From NCBI GenBank assembly GCA_017411405.1, contig JAFQQE010000015.1, positions 25,204 through 89,203 on the forward strand: DNA of 64,000 bases, in the 5' to 3' direction. The translations under genes were made by a program, and so were the position numbers. How positions within the stretch are numbered: the stretch's first letter is position 1; each line of letters opens with the position of its first letter. Under the pieces are notes generated by a model, which saw only the letters and a program-made list of their open reading frames with translations, was not told where the DNA came from and searched no databases. This stretch comes from Bacilli bacterium (GTDB taxonomy: Bacteria > Bacillota_I > Bacilli_A > RF39 > UBA660). Below, piece by piece: positions 47,236-57,877 of this stretch.

Positions 47236-48138
47236 CTAATTTTTATTACCGTTTCTTATTTTTTTACTAATATAATTTGCAGCAATCGCTCCATCACTAA
47301 CCGCTGTAACTAATTGATATAGATCTTTTTTTATTATATCCCCACAAGCAAATATTCCTTTAATATTTGTTTCCATATTTTTATCAACTATAATATAATT
47401 ATTATCCATCTCTATATTTAATGATTTTAAAATACCTATACTTGGTTCATATCCTATATTAACAAAAATACCATCTACTTTTAAATCTTCTTTATTAGTT
47501 TTTACTCCAACTATTTTTGAATCATTAATTATTAATTTTTTTATTTCTGTTTCATACATAATTTTTATATTATCTTTACTTTTTGCTTCTTTAACTAAAC
47601 TTTCATCAGCAACTGTTTTATCTTTTCTGACTAACAAATAAACGTACTCACATATATTAGATAAATATAATACACTTTCTAAAGCACTATTTCCGCCACC
47701 TATAACACATGTTATTTTATTTTTATATAAATTACCATCACAAACAGCACAATAACTTATACCATTTCCAATGTATCGATTTTCTAATTCTAAACCCAAC
47801 TTTTTAGGTTTTCTACCACTACATATAATAACATTCTTGGCTTCATAACTATTGTTAGTAGTTACTACTTTTTTTGTATCACCATCAATAATATCAATTA
47901 CTTCTTCATTATATAAAGGAACATCCAAACTATTAAAATGTTCAAAAAACTGATAAGCTAAATCTGTTCCACTTATACTAGTTATACCAGGATAATTTTC
48001 AACAATACTAGATTCGCTTATTATTCCACCAGGCGTAGATAAATTAATAACACATACATTTAATCCACTTCTCTTAGCATATATAGCAGCACTAACGCCA
48101 CTAGCACCCAATCCAATAATTATTACATCATATACCAT
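47236..48138 (-). CDS. trxB: thioredoxin-disulfide reductase
   Basis: 300 aa. FAD motif IIGLGASG, redox CAVCDG, and NADPH motif GGGNSALE. Confidence 0.92.
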   Translation of the reverse strand: MVYDVIIIGLGASGVSAAIYAKRSGLNVCVINLSTPGGIISESSIVENYPGITSISGTDLAYQFFEHFNSLDVPLYNEEVIDIIDGDTKKVVTTNNSYEAKNVIICSGRKPKKLGLELENRYIGNGISYCAVCDGNLYKNKITCVIGGGNSALESVLYLSNICEYVYLLVRKDKTVADESLVKEAKSKDNIKIMYETEIKKLIINDSKIVGVKTNKEDLKVDGIFVNIGYEPSIGILKSLNIEMDNNYIIVDKNMETNIKGIFACGDIIKKDLYQLVTAVSDGAIAANYISKKIRNGNKN

Positions 48139-48145
48139 AAATCAC

Positions 48146-48961
48146 CTAAAACTTTATAACATCAATATTGTTTTTATCATTATAAAGATCTTCAAACTTG
48201 CCTTTCTTACTATTTATTATTAACATAATTATCCCAATTATAACCATAATTACACTAACTATTATAGCAATTCTAAATCCACCAATCATTAGAGCATCCG
48301 TTCTAACTCTTTCTATAAAAAACCTAATAATTCCATATATTATTAAATAAATTGCTGTTGGTGTTCCAACCTTAATATATTTATTTCTTCTAATTATTAA
48401 TAAAAATATAAAACCTATTAAACAACATAATGATTCATATAGAAAAGTAGGTGTATAATAGACACCATTAATTTGCATACCATTTATTATAAATTCTGGA
48501 ATATGTAAATTTTCTAAATGTTCTAAACTTGTAGCAAGCCCATGAGCTTCCCCATTAAAAAAATTTCCCCATCTTCCTATAGATTGTCCTATAATTAATC
48601 CAACAACTATAAAATCTAAATATCTTATTACCCTTAAATTATATTTTTTAGTATAAACTATTATTGTGAGTAAACCTGCAATTATTCCTCCATGAATAGC
48701 TAAACCACCATTCCAAACTTTCCATATTTCACTTAAATTGCTTCCAAAATATTCCCAGTCAAATATGACATAATATATTCTAGCTCCAACAAGTCCAAAT
48801 ATCAAAGCCCAAAATAGCATATTAAAAATAAAATCTTTTTCTATCCCAAATTTTTTTGCTTCTTTATTTATTAGAAAACTTGCAACTAAAAACGCAACTA
48901 ATAAAATAACAGAATACCATCTAATTTCAAAATTACCAATACTAAATATAACTGGATTCAT
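48146..48961 (-). CDS. lgt: prolipoprotein diacylglyceryl transferase
   Basis: WNGGLAIHGG and GRWGNFFNGE motifs. GAAGGTGA RBS precedes the ATG at 48961. Confidence 0.93.
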   Translation of the reverse strand: MNPVIFSIGNFEIRWYSVILLVAFLVASFLINKEAKKFGIEKDFIFNMLFWALIFGLVGARIYYVIFDWEYFGSNLSEIWKVWNGGLAIHGGIIAGLLTIIVYTKKYNLRVIRYLDFIVVGLIIGQSIGRWGNFFNGEAHGLATSLEHLENLHIPEFIINGMQINGVYYTPTFLYESLCCLIGFIFLLIIRRNKYIKVGTPTAIYLIIYGIIRFFIERVRTDALMIGGFRIAIIVSVIMVIIGIIMLIINSKKGKFEDLYNDKNNIDVIKF

Positions 48962-48965
48962 ATAA

Positions 48966-49364
48966 TCACCTTCTAATCTCTTTTCCAATTAAAACATCTA
49001 TTATAATAGTCATAATAGAAATAAAAATTGATATAAAAAACGCTGAAAACCATCCAACTAATACAAAATGACTACCTAATAATAAACTAATTAATTTTAA
49101 TATAATAACATTCACAAATGGATAGGTTATCCCCAAAGTGTAAATATTAATAGGTAACATTATTATATTTAATATAGGTTTTATAGACTTATTAAATAAC
49201 ATCAATAATAAAGAAACAACAAAAGTATAAAACACTCCATCAACACTAATATTTTTGAAAATTTTAGTAGCCATTATAATAACTAACATATTAACTATAA
49301 CAGTGCTTATTATATCTAATAATATATCTTTTATACTTTTATCTTTTTTATAACCTATTAACAT
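48966..49364 (-). CDS. DUF360 / phage_holin_4_2 family membrane protein (YvlD-like)
   Basis: 132 aa with 4 TM helices. GITYPFVNVIILKLISLLLG..F.V.GWFSAFF resembles this family. Confidence 0.6.
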   Translation of the reverse strand: MLIGYKKDKSIKDILLDIISTVIVNMLVIIMATKIFKNISVDGVFYTFVVSLLLMLFNKSIKPILNIIMLPINIYTLGITYPFVNVIILKLISLLLGSHFVLVGWFSAFFISIFISIMTIIIDVLIGKEIRR

Positions 49365-49443
49365 AATACCACTCCCATAATAATTATATAATCATTATAT
49401 AATTTTTTCAATAAACAAAAAAGTTTACCCAAAATTAGTAAAC

Positions 49444-52254
49444 TTATTTATCCAACACTTTTTTTAAAAATTCTCCAGTATAACTTTTTTTACATTTTGC
49501 TACTTCCTCAGGAGTTCCAGCAATTAAAACTTTTCCTCCGCCATTACCACCATCAGGTCCTAAATCTATAATATAATCTGCTACTTTAATTACATCTAAA
49601 TTATGTTCAATAATTAAAACTGTATCTCCATTATCAACGATTCTTTCAAGAATAACTAATAATTTCTTTATATCATCTACATGTAATCCAGTAGTTGGTT
49701 CATCTAAGATAAACAAACTCTTTCCAGTAGGTTTCTTTTGTAACTCTTTAGCAAGTTTAACACGCCCAGCTTCACCACCTGACAAAGTAGGAGCGCTTTG
49801 TCCCAATTTCATATAACCTAAGCCTACATCAACTAACATCTGTAACTTATCTCTTACTTTAGGAACGTTTGAAAAGAAATCTAAAGCTTCACTAATTCTC
49901 ATATCAAGTACTTCAGCAATATTTTTATCCTTAAATTTAACTTCTAAAGTTTCACTATTATATCTTGTACCTTTACATAAATCACACGGAACATATACAT
50001 CTGGTAAGAAATGCATTTCTATCTTTTTAACTCCATCACCAGAACAAGCTTCACATCTTCCACCTTTTACATTAAATGAAAATCTGCTTTTATTATATCC
50101 ACGTATTTTACTTTCTTTCATATCAGCAAATACATCTCTAATATCATCAAAAACACCAACATACGTTGCAGGATTACTTCTAGGTGTACGCCCAATAGGG
50201 TCCTGACTTATATCTATTACTTTATCTATATTTTCTATACCAAATATTTCTTTACATTTACCCGGTATATCTTTACTATTATATAATTCTTTTTTTAAAG
50301 TTTTATATAATATTTCATTTACTAAAGTACTCTTTCCACTACCACTAACTCCAGTAACAACCGTAAATGTATTAAGTGGTATCTTTACGTTAATATTTTT
50401 TAAATTGTTCTCTTTAGCACCTTTAATATCTAAAAATAACCCATTACCTTTTCTTCTAACGCTAGGAACTTCAATTTTATCTTTACCACTTAAATATCTA
50501 CCAGTTAAACTATTATCATCTCTCATCACTTCATCAGGAGTTCCTTTAGAAACTATATAACCACCTTTTTCTCCGGCTTCAGGACCAATATCAATTAAAT
50601 AGTCTGCTGCCCTCATTGTATCTTCATCATGTTCTACAACTATTAAAGTATTCCCTAAATCTCTCATCTCTTTTAAAGAATTGATAAGTCTTTCATTATC
50701 TTTTTGATGTAATCCAATGCTAGGTTCATCCAAAACATATAAAACTCCACTTAATCTACTACCTATTTGTGTTGCAAGTCTTATACGTTGTGATTCTCCT
50801 CCACTTAATGTACCAGCACTACGATTTAAAGTTAAATAAGATAATCCAACATTATTTAAAAAATCCAATCTAGACTTTATCTCTTTAATAATCAACTCAC
50901 TAATCTTAGTTTCTTCTTCACTTAATTTTAAATTATCAAAAAAATCTATCAAATCTAAAATACTCATACAAGTTAATTCATAAATGTTTTTCTTGTTAAT
51001 TAAAACACTTAAAACATTATTGTTAAGTCTAGCACCATGACACTTTGGACAATTAGTTTCTACCATATAACCTTCGATCCACTCTCTTATCCAAGCGCTA
51101 TTAGTTTCTATATAACGTCTTTCAAAATTATTTATAACACCTTCGTAAAAATCAGTAGTATATCTTTTATTACCATTTTTACTAGTATATTCAAAATTAA
51201 TTGGTTCACTAGTTCCATAAAGTATTATATCTAAATCTTTTTTATCCATATCTTCTACAGGTATACTTAAATCTATATTATAATATTTAGCAACTGTTAA
51301 AATATTTGTAGTATAAATATTAGGATCCATACTTAAAGGTTTAATTGCACCATCTAAAATGCTTTTAGTCTTATCAGGAATAATTAAATCAACATTTATA
51401 TTTTGTTTTACTCCCAATCCTTTACATTCACCGCAAGCACCATATGGAGCATTAAAAGAAAATAATCTGGGTTCTAATTCAGGCAATGAAAAATCACACT
51501 CAGGACAAGCATAATGTTCACTCCAAATAAGTTCTTTATCACCTATAATATTAATTACAACTTTTCCATCACTTAATTTTAAAGCACTTTCTAAACTATC
51601 AAAAATACGACTTCTATCCTCTAATCTAACTACTATTCGATCTACTACAACCAAGATATTATCTTTCTTATTTTTTTCTAACTTAATATTTTCACTTAAA
51701 TCTCTAAGTTCACCATTAACCTTAACTCTAGTAAATCCTTTTTTTCTTAAATCATCAAATACTTTTTCATGACTTCCTTTTTCGCCATAAACTGCTGGAC
51801 TTAATATTTCTAACTTAGTACCCTCTTCCATATCTAAGATTTTATTAGTCATTTCTTCTACACTTTGACTCTTTATAGGTCTTTTATGTTTTGGACAATA
51901 TGGCACACCAATTCTAGCATATAACAATCTAAAATAATCATATATTTCTGTTACGGTTGCAACTGTACTTCTAGGATTTTTATTAGTAGTCTTTTGATCT
52001 ATAGAAATACTAGGACTTAATCCTTCAATAGAATCTACATTAGCTTTATCAGTTCCACCCAAAAACTGTCTTGCATAACTAGATAAACTTTCTACATATC
52101 TTCTTTGACCTTCAGCATATATAGTATCAAAAGCCAAACTACTTTTCCCACTACCACTTACTCCAGTCATAACAACCAATTTATTCTTAGGTATCTCTAT
52201 ATCTATATTTTTTAGATTGTTCTCTCTAGCACCTTTTATTGTTATCTTATCCAT
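49444..52254 (-). CDS. uvrA: excinuclease ABC subunit UvrA
   Basis: Two ABC ATPase modules (GVSGSGKSSL and GVSGSGKSTL Walker A; LSGGESQR and LSGGEAGR signatures) and zinc-finger Cys clusters. GAAGGTG RBS precedes the ATG at 52254. Confidence 0.98.
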   Translation of the reverse strand: MDKITIKGARENNLKNIDIEIPKNKLVVMTGVSGSGKSSLAFDTIYAEGQRRYVESLSSYARQFLGGTDKANVDSIEGLSPSISIDQKTTNKNPRSTVATVTEIYDYFRLLYARIGVPYCPKHKRPIKSQSVEEMTNKILDMEEGTKLEILSPAVYGEKGSHEKVFDDLRKKGFTRVKVNGELRDLSENIKLEKNKKDNILVVVDRIVVRLEDRSRIFDSLESALKLSDGKVVINIIGDKELIWSEHYACPECDFSLPELEPRLFSFNAPYGACGECKGLGVKQNINVDLIIPDKTKSILDGAIKPLSMDPNIYTTNILTVAKYYNIDLSIPVEDMDKKDLDIILYGTSEPINFEYTSKNGNKRYTTDFYEGVINNFERRYIETNSAWIREWIEGYMVETNCPKCHGARLNNNVLSVLINKKNIYELTCMSILDLIDFFDNLKLSEEETKISELIIKEIKSRLDFLNNVGLSYLTLNRSAGTLSGGESQRIRLATQIGSRLSGVLYVLDEPSIGLHQKDNERLINSLKEMRDLGNTLIVVEHDEDTMRAADYLIDIGPEAGEKGGYIVSKGTPDEVMRDDNSLTGRYLSGKDKIEVPSVRRKGNGLFLDIKGAKENNLKNINVKIPLNTFTVVTGVSGSGKSTLVNEILYKTLKKELYNSKDIPGKCKEIFGIENIDKVIDISQDPIGRTPRSNPATYVGVFDDIRDVFADMKESKIRGYNKSRFSFNVKGGRCEACSGDGVKKIEMHFLPDVYVPCDLCKGTRYNSETLEVKFKDKNIAEVLDMRISEALDFFSNVPKVRDKLQMLVDVGLGYMKLGQSAPTLSGGEAGRVKLAKELQKKPTGKSLFILDEPTTGLHVDDIKKLLVILERIVDNGDTVLIIEHNLDVIKVADYIIDLGPDGGNGGGKVLIAGTPEEVAKCKKSYTGEFLKKVLDK

Positions 52255-52401
52255 ATTATGCACCTTCTTCCGTATTATTTTACCACAAATTTATGAAATT
52301 AAAATATATTTTTATACAAAAAAATAGACTAAAATTATAATCTCTACAGTTTATCAATACTTTTTTATAATTAAAAAAAACTATTAAAATAAATAGTTTT
52401 T

Positions 52402-53436
52402 TTATCTTCTTCGTTGGTTAAAACCAGCACTGACATTTTTAGAAGAATTATTTCGATTACTAGAAAAATTATTTGGATTATTTAATTCTTTTTGTTTTGC
52501 ACTTTGTGCTGCTTTTTTTAAGTTCATCAAATAATTAATCTTAGTAGCTCTTGAAATTTTTTTATCTTCTTTTGTTTCTGTTTCTAATACAGAACTTAAT
52601 GATTTAACTTTTTTATAAACCTCTTCATTTACTTCATAAACTAAATAATCAAAATTCTTTTCACCATATGAAGTCGGTTGAAAATGATCAGTATGAGAAT
52701 CATAATATAAGGATTTAAGTGTCTTCTCCATTATACTATCAATCTCTTCAAAATCATATTCTTTGCCATCAAGCAATTTATTTATTCTCTTAAGTTGTTT
52801 TCTCTCTATTGATAAATCAAATACCTTTTTTTCTGGTTTTACAATTTTCTCTTCAACGATACCACCAGGCAACGTTACACTCTCTTTATATTCTTTATAT
52901 GTAATAGTAATGGTTTGTCCTTCATAATTCTCTCCATTATAAGCATATTCCCCAAAATATTTATCTTCAATCTTTATGCTTTCAAAATTTTCAGGATCAA
53001 TTTGATAAAGACGTAAAATATGTGCTTTTAAAACAATATCCTCGAAATTTCCTAAAGCCTTCCTAGTTTGTTTTATATCATTTCCTTGTTTTCTTGCTAT
53101 AATATAACTTTTATAAGCTTTATCAGCATTTAAAATTTTAAGATACTTATCTAAAGTCACTTCATTACTATCACTACTTTTGCTTACTAGTTCTATAATA
53201 TTTACTATATCATAATAAGTTATTTTATTATTAAACTCTACTTCATCAGCTTGTTCCACAGTTAAAAAAGGCAACTCTGATGGATCGAAATCACTATTAT
53301 ACTCAGATACTGTATCATAAGCGTTTTTTTCATCTTTATGCTTATTTTTATCATTACCATCATCCACAACACGGATAGTAAAACCAAGTATTAAAGCAAG
53401 AATAGTAGATATTACAGATTTTAATTTATCTTTCAT
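52402..53436 (-). CDS. membrane-anchored hypothetical protein
   Basis: 344 aa. N-terminal TM/signal anchor and a basic Asn/Ser-rich tail. No motif recognised. Confidence 0.6.
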   Translation of the reverse strand: MKDKLKSVISTILALILGFTIRVVDDGNDKNKHKDEKNAYDTVSEYNSDFDPSELPFLTVEQADEVEFNNKITYYDIVNIIELVSKSSDSNEVTLDKYLKILNADKAYKSYIIARKQGNDIKQTRKALGNFEDIVLKAHILRLYQIDPENFESIKIEDKYFGEYAYNGENYEGQTITITYKEYKESVTLPGGIVEEKIVKPEKKVFDLSIERKQLKRINKLLDGKEYDFEEIDSIMEKTLKSLYYDSHTDHFQPTSYGEKNFDYLVYEVNEEVYKKVKSLSSVLETETKEDKKISRATKINYLMNLKKAAQSAKQKELNNPNNFSSNRNNSSKNVSAGFNQRRR

Positions 53437-53482
53437 TTTTTACCTTTTCACCTCTCCTAATTTAATGAGTATAGAAAAATTT

Positions 53483-53518
53483 CTAACAAATATTTCTTAT
53501 CTAACAAATATTTCTTAT
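53483..53518. repeat. perfect 18-bp tandem duplication (CTAACAAATATTTCTTAT x2)
   Basis: Read directly in the divergent intergenic region between 53436 and 53633. Confidence 0.9.
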
Positions 53519-53632
53519 ACAATATATACATATCATAAAAAATATTGTTAGTCAACGCACAGAATCTATTTGTTGTAAATCATTTGTAAAATAACAATAA
53601 TTATGTTATTATAAAAAAACAGGTGAAAAAAT

Positions 53633-54637
53633 ATGCAAAAATGGAATGAACCACAAATGAAAAAACAAATAAATTATTTAACTAATATATTATTAGATAA
53701 TCCAAATAACGCTATGGCAAAACATGATCTAGAAATATTAAAGGAATTACTAAGAAGTTTTAAATTTGAAAAATCAATAGAATACACGGTTGAAGATGAT
53801 AAAGAAGATATAAAACAAATAAAAGAATATAAAAATATTATTTCAAAATTATATGAATTAGCCAATAAAAATGAAGATATAGATGAAAACATAGAATTTA
53901 AAAAAATAAATCATACAGAAGAATATATAGTAAATTTTACAAAAAATTTACTAGAATTTATAAGCCCCAAATGGTACTCTGAAATAATATCAAATAATAC
54001 TACAAGTATTAACTTTACAAACTCTAATTACGTATGTTATTTACCATATATAGATAAATTTTATGTATCATTATCTAAAGATAATACTATAAACGATTTA
54101 TTTTATTCAATACATGAATTTAGCCATATTTATACTTATAAATTAAATCCAAATATAGATAAAAAAATAGAAAAAGAATTTTTAAGTATATTATCAGAAC
54201 TAATATTAGCGCATGAAATGAAAAAAAGAAATTTTCATAAAGAAGAAGTAATAAAGTATGAATTTGATAACTTTATACAATTACTTAATTATGTAAATAT
54301 ATATGTTTTAAGAAAACATATTAGCAATTATGATATAAAAGAAAAAGAAAAAATAAAAATAATTGAAGAATTATCAGATTTAAATAAAAAAGATATAAAA
54401 CAAATATATAAAGATTCTATTATATACTTTTATTCATATATAATATCTTATTTAATAGCAATAGAACTATTCTATATATATTTAGAAGATGAAAAAAAAT
54501 GTTTTAAGATATGTGATGATATACTAAAAAATAATGATTTAGAAAACACTTTAAATACAAATAATATTAATTTATTAGAAAATACAGATAATTATATAAA
54601 AACATTAAAAAAGAAAATATTAACTAATACCTTCTAA
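53633..54637 (+). CDS. hypothetical protein with HExxH motif (possible zinc metallopeptidase)
   Basis: 334 aa. SIHEFSHIYTY contains HExxH. No other family signature recognised. Its 3' end overlaps the dusB 3' end (convergent genes). Confidence 0.5.
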   Translation: MQKWNEPQMKKQINYLTNILLDNPNNAMAKHDLEILKELLRSFKFEKSIEYTVEDDKEDIKQIKEYKNIISKLYELANKNEDIDENIEFKKINHTEEYIVNFTKNLLEFISPKWYSEIISNNTTSINFTNSNYVCYLPYIDKFYVSLSKDNTINDLFYSIHEFSHIYTYKLNPNIDKKIEKEFLSILSELILAHEMKKRNFHKEEVIKYEFDNFIQLLNYVNIYVLRKHISNYDIKEKEKIKIIEELSDLNKKDIKQIYKDSIIYFYSYIISYLIAIELFYIYLEDEKKCFKICDDILKNNDLENTLNTNNINLLENTDNYIKTLKKKILTNTF

Positions 54638-55582
54638 TATATCAAATATCTCTTGAACACTTTTAGCACTGCAAATCATATTTTTTACTTTAGCACAATT
54701 AGGTACACCTTTTAAATACCATATTGCATGACTTCTAATTTCAAGTAAAGCAACTTTTTCACACTTATCATGAACCAATAACTCAAAATGTTTTTTTAAC
54801 ATATTGAGTTTTTCTTTTATACTTATATTACTATCATATTTACCATTTTCTAAATAGTTTATAGTGTTTTTTATTAGCCACGGATTTCCTAATACTCCTC
54901 TTCCTATCATCACAGCATCGCAACCAATTTCTTCTAGCATCTTCTTAGCTAATTCTGGAGTAGTTATATCTCCATTTCCTATTACAGGAATACTAACGCT
55001 TTCTTTTACTTTTTTTATTAAATCCCAATTAGCTTTACCACTATATCCTTGACTACGTGTTCTAGCATGAAGTGTTATAGCACTTGCTCCATTCTCTTCG
55101 ATTATTTTTGCAACTTCTACACAATTTATATGTTTTTCATCCCAGCCACTTCTAATTTTTACAGTTACAGGAACACTAACTGCATTTACTACAGCTTTAA
55201 CAATTTCTCCAATCTTCTTAGGATCTTTAAGCAAAGCGCTACCTGCTTGACTACTAATAGCTATTTTCGGTACTGGACACCCCATATTAATATCTATAAT
55301 ATCCGGATGCATCAATTCTTCTACTTTTTTAGCTGCAGTTACAAACGAATCAACATCACTTCCAAATATTTGTTGAGCAATTGGTCTTTCGTAATCATCC
55401 ATTTTAAGTAATCCAAGCGTTTTTTCATTACCATACATAACAGCTTTATCACTAACCATTTCTGCATAAATAAGACCACAGCCCATACTTTTAATAATCT
55501 TTCTATAACTAGTATTACTTATACCAGCCATAGGAGCTAAAACAACACGATTCTTTATCTCTACATTACCAATTTTCCACAT
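54620..55582 (-). CDS. dusB: tRNA dihydrouridine synthase DusB
   Basis: 320 aa. LAPMAGISN, DINMGCP and TLHARTR motifs of Dus TIM-barrel enzymes. Confidence 0.93.
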   Translation of the reverse strand: MWKIGNVEIKNRVVLAPMAGISNTSYRKIIKSMGCGLIYAEMVSDKAVMYGNEKTLGLLKMDDYERPIAQQIFGSDVDSFVTAAKKVEELMHPDIIDINMGCPVPKIAISSQAGSALLKDPKKIGEIVKAVVNAVSVPVTVKIRSGWDEKHINCVEVAKIIEENGASAITLHARTRSQGYSGKANWDLIKKVKESVSIPVIGNGDITTPELAKKMLEEIGCDAVMIGRGVLGNPWLIKNTINYLENGKYDSNISIKEKLNMLKKHFELLVHDKCEKVALLEIRSHAIWYLKGVPNCAKVKNMICSAKSVQEIFDILEGIS

Positions 55583-55659
55583 AACTTCACCCCATTAGCA
55601 ATAGTAGTTTACCACAACAAAATCAAAAAAACAACAAAAAAAACTAACCTTAAGTTAGT

Positions 55660-56097
55660 CTATAAAAAGCTTTTTAAAAATTCAATATTTTCTTGTTGAA
55701 ACTTTTTAAATTCTTCTGCCAATTTTAAAACTTCTTTATTAGCATCTCCCTTAAAACTATCAATCTTTTTACTAACACTTAATACACCCATAGTAAAACC
55801 TTGTATTAGCATATCAGCAATCCTCGAATCACTGTTATCTTTCATAACTTCCATATTTATACCAAAATAAGCTCCTACTTTACTTATTAAAGGTTTACTT
55901 TTTACATCATAATTATTTTCTTTAATATATTCTTTTACTTTTTTTAAATAATTTTCATATCCTTTAATTTCGCCTTCTATGATTTTTTTAATTTTATTAT
56001 CTTTCTTATTTATTTTATTAATTAATAAAGTTAAATTATTTAAAGCCATATCAGCATCTTGATATAAATAAGTTAAAAGTTCTAAATTTTCATCCAT
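55660..56097 (-). CDS. hypothetical helical protein
   Basis: TGGAGGA RBS precedes the ATG at 56097 (MDENLEL). The composition suggests an all-helical protein. No motif recognised. Confidence 0.55.
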   Translation of the reverse strand: MDENLELLTYLYQDADMALNNLTLLINKINKKDNKIKKIIEGEIKGYENYLKKVKEYIKENNYDVKSKPLISKVGAYFGINMEVMKDNSDSRIADMLIQGFTMGVLSVSKKIDSFKGDANKEVLKLAEEFKKFQQENIEFLKSFL

Positions 56098-56152
56098 AAA
56101 ATATCCTCCATTTATAATATTAACCAAATTAATAAAATTATACAAAAAAAGA

Positions 56153-56524
56153 TTAGAAACTAACTTCGTAACTAATCAAACCAACTTCATCTCTATTAAC
56201 TATAACATATTCATCATCTATATCAAAATATTCTTCATTCATCGGATTATATATTTTACTTTCAATTAACCCACAATCACTTATACTATTTAAATATATT
56301 TTAACAGTATCATCACTAATTAAATTATTATAATAATCTTTACCACATTTAGTATTTAAATACACATTAGTAGCATCTATAACATCATTTCTTATACTTT
56401 CTAATTGATCCGCTCTACTCTCTTTAAATGCATTGTTTATTTTAGGTATTAAAATTACACCTATTATACTAAGAAAAGCAATAACAGTAATCAATTCCAT
56501 TAATGTAAATCCTTTTTTATTCAT
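56153..56524 (-). CDS. prepilin-type N-terminal cleavage/methylation domain protein (ComGC/pseudopilin-like)
   Basis: MNKKGFTLMELITVIAFLSIIGVIL has the class III signal peptide G/FTLxE plus a hydrophobic helix. 123 aa. Confidence 0.8.
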   Translation of the reverse strand: MNKKGFTLMELITVIAFLSIIGVILIPKINNAFKESRADQLESIRNDVIDATNVYLNTKCGKDYYNNLISDDTVKIYLNSISDCGLIESKIYNPMNEEYFDIDDEYVIVNRDEVGLISYEVSF

Positions 56525-56525
56525 A

Positions 56526-57248
56526 TCAATACCTTACACTTTCTAAATACAATCCATTAGCAGGTACAGTCATATAAGTATACTTACTATCATCACTATC
56601 CAACATATTTTTAAATTCATCAACACTAATTTTATTTTTCCCTACTAATATTAATGCTCCAACCATATTCCTTACCATGTATCTATAAAAACTTTTACCT
56701 ACAAAAGTAATAGATAAAAAATCTTTATCTTTATTAAAAATAACTTTAAATATCTCGCTATTATAGTTATCCCTATCTCCACTAACAAACACTTTAAAGG
56801 AATGCTTACCAATTAAATATTTACTAGCTCTCTTCATATTAGTAATATTTAATTCATTATTATAATTATAAACATAATCTTCTAATATTGGATTAAACTT
56901 ACCTGTATTTATAATATATTTATATTTCTTCTCTTTAACTAAAAATCTAGCATGAAAATCACTACTTACTATTTTACAATCTAAAACATGAATATATTTA
57001 TCAATCATAGAATTAACTGCTTTAATAAGCCCATCAACACTTATATTTATATCCAAATCAAAGTGAACACATTGACCATAAGCATGAACTCCTCTATCAG
57101 TTCTTCCAGCACCTTTAACAAAAACCTCGCGTTTATTTATTTTAGATAAAACCCTCTCTAATTCACCTTGTATAGACTTCTTATCATTTAATTTTTGAAA
57201 ACCATAATATTTACTACCATCATAGCTTATAGTCATTAAATATCTCAT
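56526..57248 (-). CDS. truA: tRNA pseudouridine(38-40) synthase TruA
   Basis: 240 aa with MTISYDGSKYYGFQ and GAGRTDRGVHA (catalytic Asp). Confidence 0.94.
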   Translation of the reverse strand: MRYLMTISYDGSKYYGFQKLNDKKSIQGELERVLSKINKREVFVKGAGRTDRGVHAYGQCVHFDLDINISVDGLIKAVNSMIDKYIHVLDCKIVSSDFHARFLVKEKKYKYIINTGKFNPILEDYVYNYNNELNITNMKRASKYLIGKHSFKVFVSGDRDNYNSEIFKVIFNKDKDFLSITFVGKSFYRYMVRNMVGALILVGKNKISVDEFKNMLDSDDSKYTYMTVPANGLYLESVRY

Positions 57249-57877
57249 CTAACACTCCTATATATATCCTTTAATAATTCATGTACTTCTACAGTATAAG
57301 AAAGTTTCGCTTTTTTCTTATTAGCAATTCTAATAAACTTTATAATTTCAGGATAATCCACTTTTATTCTACTCTTATAAATATACTCTATTTTATCATT
57401 AAATACAATATTACTATTATCGAAAACAATCAAATTATTGCATAATAAATTTAAAAATACCAAATCATTACTTATAACAACCAACGTACCTTCATACTTA
57501 CTTTTTAAATAATTAATTACTCTTTTTTTTACCTTATAACTTAAACCTTTATCAAAATAATCCAATATAACGATCTCTTTTTTATTTAGTAAAATATAAA
57601 CTAATAATATTAATTTAAATTCACTTTTACTTAAATTCTTTATTTTTTTATTAAGTATATTATAATTTATTTCTAATTCATTAAACAAATTTAAAATACT
57701 ATCACTTATTTTAAACTTTAGCCCATTTAAAAATCTTTTAACAGTCCACTCATCATCATAATCAATACCACATATAGATAAACCACTATTAATTAAATCT
57801 AATTTATCACCATATATTCCACAAAACGAATTTTTTTTAATTATTTCATTATAATTATTACTATACATTATTTCCAT
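57245..57877 (-). CDS. degenerate ABC/EcfA-like ATPase homologue (motifs eroded)
   Basis: 210 aa. Walker A region reads GIYGDKLDL, signature reads LSKSEF, Walker B reads IVILDYFDKGLS, and H-loop position reads VVISNDL. Confidence 0.55.
   Translation of the reverse strand: MEIMYSNNYNEIIKKNSFCGIYGDKLDLINSGLSICGIDYDDEWTVKRFLNGLKFKISDSILNLFNELEINYNILNKKIKNLSKSEFKLILLVYILLNKKEIVILDYFDKGLSYKVKKRVINYLKSKYEGTLVVISNDLVFLNLLCNNLIVFDNSNIVFNDKIEYIYKSRIKVDYPEIIKFIRIANKKKAKLSYTVEVHELLKDIYRSVR

Noticed and set aside
48966-49364. Phage holin family annotation as evidence of a prophage
   Set aside because: DUF360/holin_4_2 proteins of the YvlD type are common chromosomal genes. This one sits between uvrA and lgt with no phage genes nearby.
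52264-52401. SOS (Cheo/LexA) box upstream of uvrA
   Set aside because: I looked for GAAC-N4-GTTC in the uvrA upstream region and did not find it.
7672-53892. Remaining short ORFs from the track: 7672..7869, 9330..9527, 10459..10710, 16092..16286, 21284..21496, 22835..23149, 26932..27114, 27247..27453, 27619..27816, 31990..32175, 33469..33741, 35970..36164, 36405..36590, 39346..39531, 42284..42565, 51037..51234, 53674..53892
   Set aside because: Each lies antisense within, or largely overlaps, a longer and better-supported gene. In AT-rich DNA such Ile/Leu/Phe/Lys/Asn-rich antisense ORFs are expected by chance.
54864-55411. Two plus-strand ORFs (54864..55052 and 55049..55411)
   Set aside because: Both are antisense to dusB, which has unambiguous Dus motifs.
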